In this document: in pieces, positions 9,508 through 17,109 of the stretch
How the letters are laid out: every line of letters starts with the position of its first letter
How positions within the stretch are numbered: the stretch's first letter is position 1
Assembly: GCA_005788265.1 (NCBI GenBank)
Contig: SXYR01000101.1
Coordinates: forward strand, 1 to 54,599
Direction: 5' to 3'
Length of the DNA stretch: 54,599 nt
Source: Bacteroidota bacterium
Lineage (GTDB): Bacteria; Bacteroidota; Bacteroidia; Chitinophagales; Chitinophagaceae
Translations under genes and position numbers: made by a program
Notes under the pieces: model-generated
Databases searched by the model: none
What the model was told of the DNA's origin: nothing
The model's input: the letters and a program-made list of their open reading frames with translations, nothing else

Positions 9508-9565
9508 ATCCTAATCTACGATAGATTCAGGCGATATGAAAAATTAAAGCAAAAAGATTTTACAA

Positions 9566-10177
9566 TTAATGTACTTTGATTTTAAACATGGCCTGATCGC
9601 CCAAGAATCCCTCCAGCTCATCGCCAACTGAGCATTCGCCTACTCCTTTTGGAGTGCCTGTAAAAATAACATCCCCAATATTGAGTGAAAAATAGTTGGA
9701 TACATGTGCAATGATCTGATCAAAGCTGTGGATCATATCTCCTGTGTTGCCCGACTGGACCAATTCATTATTTTTTTTCATTGAAAAAGCAATCTTTTTT
9801 CGATCAAGGTCTGCAGCGATTGGATTCCAATTTCCCAGCACAGCTGAATTGTCCCATGCTTTTGCCTTTTCCCATGGAAGACCCTTTTTCTTCAGTTCGC
9901 TTTGAACATCTCGGGCTGTAAAATCAATACCCACGGAAATAGCATCATAGTATTGATGTGCAGTTGCCTCGCTGATGTACCTACCGTTTTTTGAAATCCT
10001 CAGAACCACCTCGCATTCATAATGGAGTTCATTGGTAAATGCAGGATAATAAAATGGCATATTTTGTTGCAGCAAAGCGGATTGGGGCTTCATAAATATT
10101 ACCGGTTCTTCAGGTACTTCATTTCCGAGTTCTTTTGCATGCTCAACATAGTTTCTACCAATACAAAGAAATTTCAT
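9566..10177 (-). CDS. Fumarylacetoacetate hydrolase family protein
   Basis: CIGRNYVEH, FMKP, HYECE, DFTARD, KAWD, GDVIFTGTP. Confidence 0.92.
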   Translation of the reverse strand: MKFLCIGRNYVEHAKELGNEVPEEPVIFMKPQSALLQQNMPFYYPAFTNELHYECEVVLRISKNGRYISEATAHQYYDAISVGIDFTARDVQSELKKKGLPWEKAKAWDNSAVLGNWNPIAADLDRKKIAFSMKKNNELVQSGNTGDMIHSFDQIIAHVSNYFSLNIGDVIFTGTPKGVGECSVGDELEGFLGDQAMFKIKVH

Positions 10178-10186
10178 AGTATGATT

Positions 10187-10759
10187 TTATATTTCAAATT
10201 TATTGACTGATTCCATTGCGGTATCCAATCCTGCGAGGACAAAATCTTCGATAGCTGTTGCAGCGCGCTCAATTTTTTTTGCCACCGCTGTTTCCTGTTC
10301 TTGGTGCCACTTGCCCAAGACGTATTCTACCTGCATACCTTTTGGAAAATCATTTCCAATGCCAAATCGCAGTCTTGGATAATTTGTTGTAGCCAAAGAT
10401 TCCTGAATGCTTTTTAAACCATTGTGGCCGCCGTCACTTCCCGTAGGCTTCATTTTTAATTTATTGATCGGCACAGCCAGTTCATCGACAAGCACGAGCA
10501 GGTTGTTCAATTCAATATGCTCTTTATCCATCCAATATTTCACAGCTCTTCCACTCAAGTTCATAAAAGTGGAAGGTTTGATACAGATGATTTTTTTCCC
10601 TTTCAAGCTCACACTTGCAATCGATGCGAGTCGGTCGACTGTGAACACTCCATGATGTTTGGAAACAAAATAATCAAGGATATCAAATCCAATATTGTGA
10701 CGAGTATGTGCATACTCCTCCCCTATATTGCCCAATCCAACTATAAGAAACTTGTTCAT
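10187..10759 (-). CDS. pth: Peptidyl-tRNA hydrolase
   Basis: GLGN, TRHNIG, KPSTFMNLSG, GGHNGLKS, RLRFGIG. Confidence 0.96.
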   Translation of the reverse strand: MNKFLIVGLGNIGEEYAHTRHNIGFDILDYFVSKHHGVFTVDRLASIASVSLKGKKIICIKPSTFMNLSGRAVKYWMDKEHIELNNLLVLVDELAVPINKLKMKPTGSDGGHNGLKSIQESLATTNYPRLRFGIGNDFPKGMQVEYVLGKWHQEQETAVAKKIERAATAIEDFVLAGLDTAMESVNKFEI

Positions 10760-10789
10760 AAAAAAAGCCCCGCGATATGATCACGGGGC
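10760..10789 (-). terminator. Intrinsic terminator after rplY, abutting the pth start codon
   Basis: Minus strand GCCCCGTGAT-CAT-ATCGCGGGGC then T7, immediately followed by the pth ATG. Confidence 0.75.
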
Positions 10790-10811
10790 CATAAAGATAA
10801 AACCTTTGAGT

Positions 10812-11435
10812 TTATTTCTTTGCAGCAGCGGCTGGAGCAGGAGCAGCGGCAGGAGCAGCAGCTGCAGGGGCAGCAGCTTCTTCTTGCTTAAGCTGACGCG
10901 TCAAGGTTACTGATGCGATAGGAATTCTGGGTGAATTGAGTATTTCAAAATTATCTGTTGCGATGTCTTGAACTCGAATATTCTCGTTCAACTCAAGGTT
11001 TGTAATGTCAACCTCAATGTTTTCCCTGAGAAACTTAGGAAGTGTTTTGACTTTTACTGACTTCAACCTGATTTCAAGTTTACCACCGTCTTTAACACCA
11101 GCAGCAGCACCTGTAAATTTAAGAGGGATGGAAGCAGTAACTTTCTTTCCTTCAACCAACTCCAGCAAGTCGATATGAGAAAGAATGTCGGAAACTTTGT
11201 CTAATTGAAGATCCTTCAGAATGCAAGTGTAAGATTTGCCATTTACTTTTACTTCCACCAATTGGAAGTCTGGTGTGTAAATGAAAGGCTTCAAATCAAG
11301 AGCTTTTGCTGAAAAGTTCACCTCTTGTGCACCCCCATAAATTACACCAGGTACCAAGCCTTGAGAGCGCAACTGGCGGGTGGCTGATTTACCAGTTTCG
11401 GTCCTCAATTGTCCTTCGATTGTAATCGTTTTCAT
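10812..11435 (-). CDS. rplY: 50S ribosomal protein bL25 (Ctc-type, long form)
   Basis: GK.ATRQLR..GLVPGVIYG, HIDL, GVKDGG; Ala/Pro-rich tail; prs-rplY-pth synteny. Confidence 0.95.
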   Translation of the reverse strand: MKTITIEGQLRTETGKSATRQLRSQGLVPGVIYGGAQEVNFSAKALDLKPFIYTPDFQLVEVKVNGKSYTCILKDLQLDKVSDILSHIDLLELVEGKKVTASIPLKFTGAAAGVKDGGKLEIRLKSVKVKTLPKFLRENIEVDITNLELNENIRVQDIATDNFEILNSPRIPIASVTLTRQLKQEEAAAPAAAAPAAAPAPAAAAKK

Positions 11436-11470
11436 TGTATTGTGTTTAAAAATTGACTTCGTTGATCCAG

Positions 11471-12430
11471 CTATTTATTCTTTAGTTGTGAATGAATAAA
11501 CAGGCTGGTGATGCTCTGGTTTTCATAGGCATTTCTGATGGCAGCTGCAAAAAGATTGGCCACGCTCAGCACCTTGATTTTTGAAGAACTGTGCTTTATT
11601 GGTATGGTATCAGTTACCACCAGTTCTTCCAGAACACTGTTGTCGATGTTTTCGTAGGCATTGCCACTCAACACCGGGTGTGTACAAAGGGCTCGAACAC
11701 TTCTTGCACCTTTTTCCTTCAGCAATTTGGCTGCTTTGGTCAAGGTTCCTGCAGTATCACAGATGTCATCGATGAGGACCACATCCCTGTTCTCCACGTC
11801 TCCTATCACGACCATACTTGCTATTTCATTGGCCCTTTTTCTGTGCTTGTCACAGATGACCATTTCGACGTTAAAATAACTGGCCATTTCACGGATCCTG
11901 TTCGCACTTCCCACGTCGGGGGCCGCAAAGGTAAGGTTTTCCAGCTGAAGATTGGAGATATAAGGGATAAAAATGGCTGAGCTGTCCAGGTGGTCAACGG
12001 GTATGTCAAAATAGCCCTGGATCTGGGGCGCATGGAGATCCATCGTAATCACCCTGTCAGCTCCCGCTGCAGTAAGCAGGTTGGCTACCAACTTAGATCC
12101 TATCGCAACCCTGGGCTTGTCTTTTCTGTCCTGACGGGCATACCCAAAGTATGGCAAAACTGCAATGATTTTATAGGCCGATGCACGCTTTGCAGCATCG
12201 ATCATCAACAGCAGTTCAAGTAGATTATCTCCCGGGGCAAAGGTGCTTTGCACGAGGAAAACATAATCGCCTCTTATACTTTCGAGGAAAACTGGCTGTA
12301 TTTCACCGTCACTGAATCGCTGGATGCTGATTTTACCGGGGGTGCCATTCACGGCCTCCGCAATTTTTGCTGCCAAATATTCTGAACTGGTGCCGGAAAA
12401 GACTTTACATGAAGGACCTACGCGTTGCAT
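11471..12430 (-). CDS. prs: Ribose-phosphate pyrophosphokinase
   Basis: FSDGE, PYFGYARQDRK, DLHAPQIQGYF, DDICDTAGT. Confidence 0.97.
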   Translation of the reverse strand: MQRVGPSCKVFSGTSSEYLAAKIAEAVNGTPGKISIQRFSDGEIQPVFLESIRGDYVFLVQSTFAPGDNLLELLLMIDAAKRASAYKIIAVLPYFGYARQDRKDKPRVAIGSKLVANLLTAAGADRVITMDLHAPQIQGYFDIPVDHLDSSAIFIPYISNLQLENLTFAAPDVGSANRIREMASYFNVEMVICDKHRKRANEIASMVVIGDVENRDVVLIDDICDTAGTLTKAAKLLKEKGARSVRALCTHPVLSGNAYENIDNSVLEELVVTDTIPIKHSSSKIKVLSVANLFAAAIRNAYENQSITSLFIHSQLKNK

Positions 12431-12449
12431 AAAAATGAGTTGAATGCAG

Positions 12450-12457
12450 CGAAGATA
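12450..12457 (-). promoter_or_regulatory. Putative -7 element for prs-rplY-pth
   Basis: TATCTTCG, 19 nt upstream of the prs ATG. Confidence 0.55.
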
Positions 12458-12513
12458 ATGAAACTAAACACCGTTTGAGGGACATATCATCACCCTGACA
12501 AAAATGTGAAAAA

Positions 12514-13200
12514 ATGAATAAGAAAAAGTTGAAAGATTGGGCTTTTGAGGACAGGCCAAGGGAAAAAATGAGGTTGCAAACTGCCGCTCATTTGACAGAT
12601 GTGGAGTTGCTTGCCATTCTGATACAACAGGGAAACAGGGAATCTTCTGCCTTTGACCTGGCCAATGAACTGATGTGCAGATGCAACCACAAACTTTCCG
12701 TTTTGGCAAGGCTTTCCATCAAAGAAATCATGAAGACCAAGGGCATTGGCATGGCAAAGGCTGCCATCCTGCAGGCTGCTATGGAAATTGGGAGAAGAAG
12801 AATGGGAAAAGAAGCAATGAAAGAGGAAGTCATCCGCGACAGCAAAATGGTAGCGACTTATCTGAGAACCAAAATGATGGATCTGCCCAACGAGGTATTT
12901 GCTGTAATCTTTTTAAATCGTGCGAATAAAATCAAACATTTTGAAATCATCAGTTCTGGGGGCATGACAGGAACCGTGGCAGATCCGAGAATCATCATGA
13001 AAAAAGCGCTTGAGGAAGAAGCAGTCAGCATCATTCTCAGCCACAATCATCCCTCTGGAAATTTGAAACCTTCTAAAGCCGATCAGGACTTGACGGAAAA
13101 AATCAAACAGGCAGCAAAATATTTTGACATCAATGTGCTGGATCATATCATTGTGAGCAATGAAGGGTATTACAGCTTTGCGGATGAAGGGGCGATTTGA
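12514..13200 (+). CDS. radC: RadC (JAB/MPN domain) protein
   Basis: DRPREK, HhH GIGMAKA, HNHPSG..PS.AD, LDHII. Confidence 0.95.
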   Translation: MNKKKLKDWAFEDRPREKMRLQTAAHLTDVELLAILIQQGNRESSAFDLANELMCRCNHKLSVLARLSIKEIMKTKGIGMAKAAILQAAMEIGRRRMGKEAMKEEVIRDSKMVATYLRTKMMDLPNEVFAVIFLNRANKIKHFEIISSGGMTGTVADPRIIMKKALEEEAVSIILSHNHPSGNLKPSKADQDLTEKIKQAAKYFDINVLDHIIVSNEGYYSFADEGAI

Positions 13201-13207
13201 GCGCCCC

Positions 13208-13242
13208 GTTGCCAGTTGACAGTTGCCTGTTCTGGGTTTTTA
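13208..13242 (-). repeat. Five degenerate heptamers (GTTnnnn on plus), inverted relative to the downstream array
   Basis: GTTGCCA GTTGACA GTTGCCT GTTCTGG GTTTTTA in exact 7-nt register. Confidence 0.7.
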
Positions 13243-13244
13243 TT

Positions 13245-13252
13245 TAACTTAG
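13245..13252 (+). promoter_or_regulatory. Putative -7 element for pepP-pssA, between the two heptamer arms
   Basis: TAACTTAG, one mismatch to TAnnTTTG. Confidence 0.45.
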
Positions 13253-13262
13253 ACGACTATAA

Positions 13263-13374
13263 AACAGTTAACAGCTAACAGCTAACAGCTAACAGCTAAC
13301 AGCTAACAGCTAACAGTTAACAGTTAACAGTTAACAGTCAACTGGAAACTCAAAACCCACAACCCAAAACGCTC
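13263..13374 (+). repeat. Heptamer tandem repeat: 11 AACAGYY units plus 5 degenerate AACnnnn units
   Basis: AACAGTT x1, AACAGCT x6, AACAGTT x3, AACAGTC x1 (13263-13339), then AACTGGA AACTCAA AACCCAC AACCCAA AACGCTC in register, ending 2 nt before the pepP ATG. Confidence 0.95.
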
Positions 13375-13376
13375 AT

Positions 13377-14678
13377 ATGCATTCCGCACAAATCAATCCA
13401 CAGATATTCATCGACAATAGAAAAAGATTCACTGCACAAATGGAAAAAAACAGCATTGCGATTTTCAACAGCAATGATGAAATTCCGAGCAATGGTGATG
13501 CCTTGTACCCTTTCAAACAAAATACTGATTTGTATTGGCTGACCGGAATCAGACAGGAGGACAGCATGCTTGTTTTATATCCTGACAATCCGGATAAAAA
13601 ATACCGCGAAGTACTGGTGCTGGTGAGGCCGAATGAATTAAAAGAAAAATGGGACGGGAAAAGACATCGCGCGCATGAAGCAACTGCATTATCGGGCATT
13701 CAAAAAATTGTTTGGCTGGATATACTGGATGGAGTGCTTCAACCGATGATTCACCTGGCGGATACCATCTATCTCAATACAAATGAGAACGACAGAAAAG
13801 CCAATCTGCTGGCAGTAAGAGATTATCGCTTTGCAAAAGAAATGCAGGAAAGGTATCCGTTGCATCAATACAAAAGAGCTGCAAAAATCATGCGCGATTT
13901 GAGAGCGATCAAATCACCTTTGGAAGTGGCAGTGCTCCAGAGGGCAGTGGACATTACTGATCATACATTCAGGAGATTGCTGCAGTTCATCAGACCTGGT
14001 GTTTTTGAACATCATATTGAAGCCGAAATTCATCATGACTTTATGATGCAGGGTTCAGCAGGCCCGGCATATTCATCCATCATTGCGAGTGGCGACAGGG
14101 CAAGAACTCTGCACTACATTGCAAACAACCATGAATGCAAGGAAGGAGAATTGGTACTCATGGATTTTGGAGCGGAGTACGGAGGCTATTGTGCTGATTT
14201 AACAAGAACTGTTCCAGTCAATGGTAAATTTACGAGGCGACAAAAAACGGTTTACAATGCGTGCCTGCACCTGCACAATTACGCAAAAAGCTTGCTCAAG
14301 CCTGGCATCAACATACTCAAATACCATGAAATGGTGGGTGATGAAGCCACGGTACTTTTTCAAAAAATCGGATTGCTGAAAAAATCAGATATAAAAAATG
14401 AATCGCCTGACAACAGGGCATATAGAAAATACCTGTACCATGGCATCTCTCATCATTTGGGCATTGATGTACATGATTTGGGCACAAAGACAGAACCACT
14501 GAAAGCCGGCATGGTATTGACAGTTGAACCTGGTATTTATATTGAACAAGAACAACTGGGGGTTCGCATTGAAAACAATGTTTGGATCACCAAAAGCGGC
14601 AACAAAGATTTGATGGCCAATGTTCCGATTGAAGCAGATGATATTGAGGCCATCATGAAATCCATCACCAGAAAATGA
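13377..14678 (+). CDS. pepP: Xaa-Pro aminopeptidase (aminopeptidase P, M24B)
   Basis: AMP_N domain (YPFKQNTDLYWLTG); metal ligands in DFGAE..YCADLTRT, HHLGIDVHD, TVEPGIY, GVRIEN. Confidence 0.9.
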   Translation: MHSAQINPQIFIDNRKRFTAQMEKNSIAIFNSNDEIPSNGDALYPFKQNTDLYWLTGIRQEDSMLVLYPDNPDKKYREVLVLVRPNELKEKWDGKRHRAHEATALSGIQKIVWLDILDGVLQPMIHLADTIYLNTNENDRKANLLAVRDYRFAKEMQERYPLHQYKRAAKIMRDLRAIKSPLEVAVLQRAVDITDHTFRRLLQFIRPGVFEHHIEAEIHHDFMMQGSAGPAYSSIIASGDRARTLHYIANNHECKEGELVLMDFGAEYGGYCADLTRTVPVNGKFTRRQKTVYNACLHLHNYAKSLLKPGINILKYHEMVGDEATVLFQKIGLLKKSDIKNESPDNRAYRKYLYHGISHHLGIDVHDLGTKTEPLKAGMVLTVEPGIYIEQEQLGVRIENNVWITKSGNKDLMANVPIEADDIEAIMKSITRK

Positions 14679-15436
14679 AACAACTAGCCAATTTATTCAC
14701 ACTGATCAATCTATGCTTTGGAAGCATTGCAATTGTATTGACCCTTCAAACAGGTGAAACCATTGTTAATCTTGAAAGCGGAGAATGGAAAATTTTTTTC
14801 CCCGAGAAAATAACCTGGGCGGCGGTTTGTATTTTTTGTGCAGCAGTGGTAGATTTTTTTGACGGATTCATCGCTCGACTTTTAAAAGCCGACTCCGAGA
14901 TGGGTAAACAATTGGATTCACTTGCAGATGTTGTCTCCTTTGGTGTTGCACCTGGTGCGATTCTGTATCAAATATTGAGAATCGCTTTTGCTTCAGAACC
15001 TTCAGGTATGGAGCAATCAAGCCTCTATTTTCTGCCAGTACTTTTAGTTCCGGTATCTGCTGCATGGAGATTGGCAAGATTCAATATTGATAGTTCAAGC
15101 AGTCATCATTTCAAGGGTCTTCCCGCACCTGCCGCAGGACTTTTCATTGCTACATTGCCAATGATTTCTTTTTACAACTTGTTTGATTTACAGTCAATCT
15201 TGGTGAACAAATGGACGCTCTACGCAATTGTGCTGCTGGTTTCATATCTAATGGTCTCTTCCATTCCGCTGATCAACCTGAAATTTAAAAATTATACTTG
15301 GAAAGAAAATATTTCCAAGTACCTGTTGATCATCCTATCACTGACCGAAATAATACTGCTGGGTTGGGTTTCGGGCTTTGTCATTCTGATCACCTATATT
15401 CTAGTATCTTTGCTTTTTAAAAAAGAGCTACAATGA
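14675..15436 (+). CDS. pssA: CDP-alcohol phosphatidyltransferase (phosphatidylserine synthase-like)
   Basis: DFFDGFIAR....SEMGKQLDSLADVVSFGVAP, RLARFN, FKGLP.P; multiple TM helices. Confidence 0.85.
   Translation: MKQLANLFTLINLCFGSIAIVLTLQTGETIVNLESGEWKIFFPEKITWAAVCIFCAAVVDFFDGFIARLLKADSEMGKQLDSLADVVSFGVAPGAILYQILRIAFASEPSGMEQSSLYFLPVLLVPVSAAWRLARFNIDSSSSHHFKGLPAPAAGLFIATLPMISFYNLFDLQSILVNKWTLYAIVLLVSYLMVSSIPLINLKFKNYTWKENISKYLLIILSLTEIILLGWVSGFVILITYILVSLLFKKELQ
15405..15412 (+). promoter_or_regulatory. Internal -7 element for purS-rsmI, inside the 3' end of pssA
   Basis: TATCTTTG exact consensus, 20 nt before the purS ATG. Confidence 0.55.
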
Positions 15437-15681
15437 ATTATACAGTTGCTATCAATGTCATGCCCTTGAAAGATTTATTGGACCCTCAGGGAAAGGCAGT
15501 GTTGGGAGGTTTGCACAACCTCGGATTGAAGTCTGTAGATGATGTTAGAATCGGGAAAAGAATTACACTTCAAATTGATGCTCCAAGCGAACAAGACGCC
15601 AAGAAAATAGCTGAGGAAGCTGCCATAAAATTACTTGCCAATCAAGTGATGGAACATTTTGAGATCAGCATCATCTCTTAG
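15433..15681 (+). CDS. purS: Phosphoribosylformylglycinamidine synthase subunit PurS
   Basis: LDPQGKAV, VRIGK, LLAN.VME.F; 82 aa. Confidence 0.93.
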   Translation: MNYTVAINVMPLKDLLDPQGKAVLGGLHNLGLKSVDDVRIGKRITLQIDAPSEQDAKKIAEEAAIKLLANQVMEHFEISIIS

Positions 15682-15693
15682 AAAATTCCTGAG

Positions 15694-16368
15694 ATGCTTT
15701 ACATTGTACCTACTCCTATTGGCAACCTGGCTGACATGACATTCAGGGCTGTTGCTGTATTGAAGGAAGTTGATCTGATCCTTGCTGAAGATACCCGCAC
15801 CTCTGGCGTTTTGCTCAAACACTATGAAATTAGCAAACCCCTTCAATCCTATCACCAACACAACGAGCATCAAGTTACGGAAAGACTCGTAGCGCAATTG
15901 CAAGAGGGAAAAAGCATGGCTTTGCTTACAGATGCAGGAACCCCGGGTATTTCCGACCCTGCATTTTTCATCATACGTGCATGCATCAAAGCGGATATCA
16001 GGGTTGAATGTTTGCCAGGCGCTACTGCATTGATACCTGCGTTGGTAAACAGCGGACTCCCATCGGATAGTTTTTGTTTTGAAGGATTCCTGCCTTTGAA
16101 AAAAGGAAGACATACTTTGCTGAGTGCACTTGCAAATGAAAACAGGACAATTATTTTATATGAATCTCCCATGCGATTGGTTAAAACCCTACACCAGCTG
16201 ATGGAGTACTTTGGGGAAGATCGTCCCTGTTGTGTTTCAAGAGAACTCACTAAAAAATTCGAAGAAAATGCAAGAGGTACTTTGAAAGAAGTCCACGATC
16301 ATTTCAAGCAAAAAACGGTGAAAGGTGAAATCGTTGTTGTCATAGCAGGAAAAGAATACATGCACTGA
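15694..16368 (+). CDS. rsmI: 16S rRNA C1402 2'-O-methyltransferase
   Basis: LYIVPTPIGNL.D, AEDTR, DAGTPGISDP, YESP, RELTKKFEE, KGE. Confidence 0.96.
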   Translation: MLYIVPTPIGNLADMTFRAVAVLKEVDLILAEDTRTSGVLLKHYEISKPLQSYHQHNEHQVTERLVAQLQEGKSMALLTDAGTPGISDPAFFIIRACIKADIRVECLPGATALIPALVNSGLPSDSFCFEGFLPLKKGRHTLLSALANENRTIILYESPMRLVKTLHQLMEYFGEDRPCCVSRELTKKFEENARGTLKEVHDHFKQKTVKGEIVVVIAGKEYMH

Positions 16369-17109
16369 TTACTTGAATATCTCCGCTGCCTTTATCAAGG
16401 CGTCTGGTTTCCCAACATCCAACACTAGATCACCGGTGTGATCATACGCAATGACTAATTTATCTTTCGCAATGTTCAAATACACATCAACAATGGAGAA
16501 AGTCCCTTCAGCTGGCATGTATTTGAAAATACCGGGATGTATTACATGAATACCAGAAAAAGAAAAATATTTTACTCCTTCAACAACTCCATTCACCCAT
16601 TTCTCATCGCCGGTTGTGTTGTTTCGCCATCCCACCAACTTCATCTCCTCATCAAATAAAAATTGTCTGGAACTTTTTCTGTCGGTGACTGCGAGTGTAA
16701 CGAGCGGATTTATTGTTTGATGATAATCAAACATCCCTGCCAGATCAAGATTTGTCAAAATATCAACATTCATCACAATGAATGGCTGTTCACTTGATGT
16801 AAAATACTTGGAGGCATATGCCAATCCACCGCCAGTTTCAAAAGGACCTTGTTCTTCATGGGATACATCAAATGTCCATTGATCATTTGCGAGTGTATTC
16901 AATGCATCGATGATCTGATCTGCGAAGTGATGAACATTGATGACAAATTGGGTGATTCCGAAGGAATGGAGGTACTCAATATTTCTCTGAAGAAGTGTTT
17001 TGTTTTTTACCTGAGCCAGGGCCTTGGGATGTTGGTCTGTAAATGGTTTGAGACGGGTCCCCAGTCCGGCCGCAAAGATCATCGCCTTGCAATCATTAAT
17101 AGGGCTCAT
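16369..17109 (-). CDS. Sugar-phosphate nucleotidyltransferase (MurU-like)
   Basis: AMIFAAGLGTRLKPFT..PKAL, ETGGG, NVDI, FSGIH; overlaps the upstream kinase gene. Start uncertain (17109, 17127 or 17136). Confidence 0.82.
   Translation of the reverse strand: MSPINDCKAMIFAAGLGTRLKPFTDQHPKALAQVKNKTLLQRNIEYLHSFGITQFVINVHHFADQIIDALNTLANDQWTFDVSHEEQGPFETGGGLAYASKYFTSSEQPFIVMNVDILTNLDLAGMFDYHQTINPLVTLAVTDRKSSRQFLFDEEMKLVGWRNNTTGDEKWVNGVVEGVKYFSFSGIHVIHPGIFKYMPAEGTFSIVDVYLNIAKDKLVIAYDHTGDLVLDVGKPDALIKAAEIFK

Noticed and set aside
10820-10880. GCA/GCT-rich repeat at the end of rplY
   Set aside because: Encodes a low-complexity Ala/Pro tail, common on bL25/Ctc proteins.
12514-13200. radC as a marker of a mobile element or anti-defence locus
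   Set aside because: Full-length chromosomal form with N-terminal HhH region among housekeeping genes; no integrase or cargo nearby.
13263-13374. Possible CRISPR array
   Set aside because: Contiguous 7-nt units with no unique spacers and no cas genes in the window.
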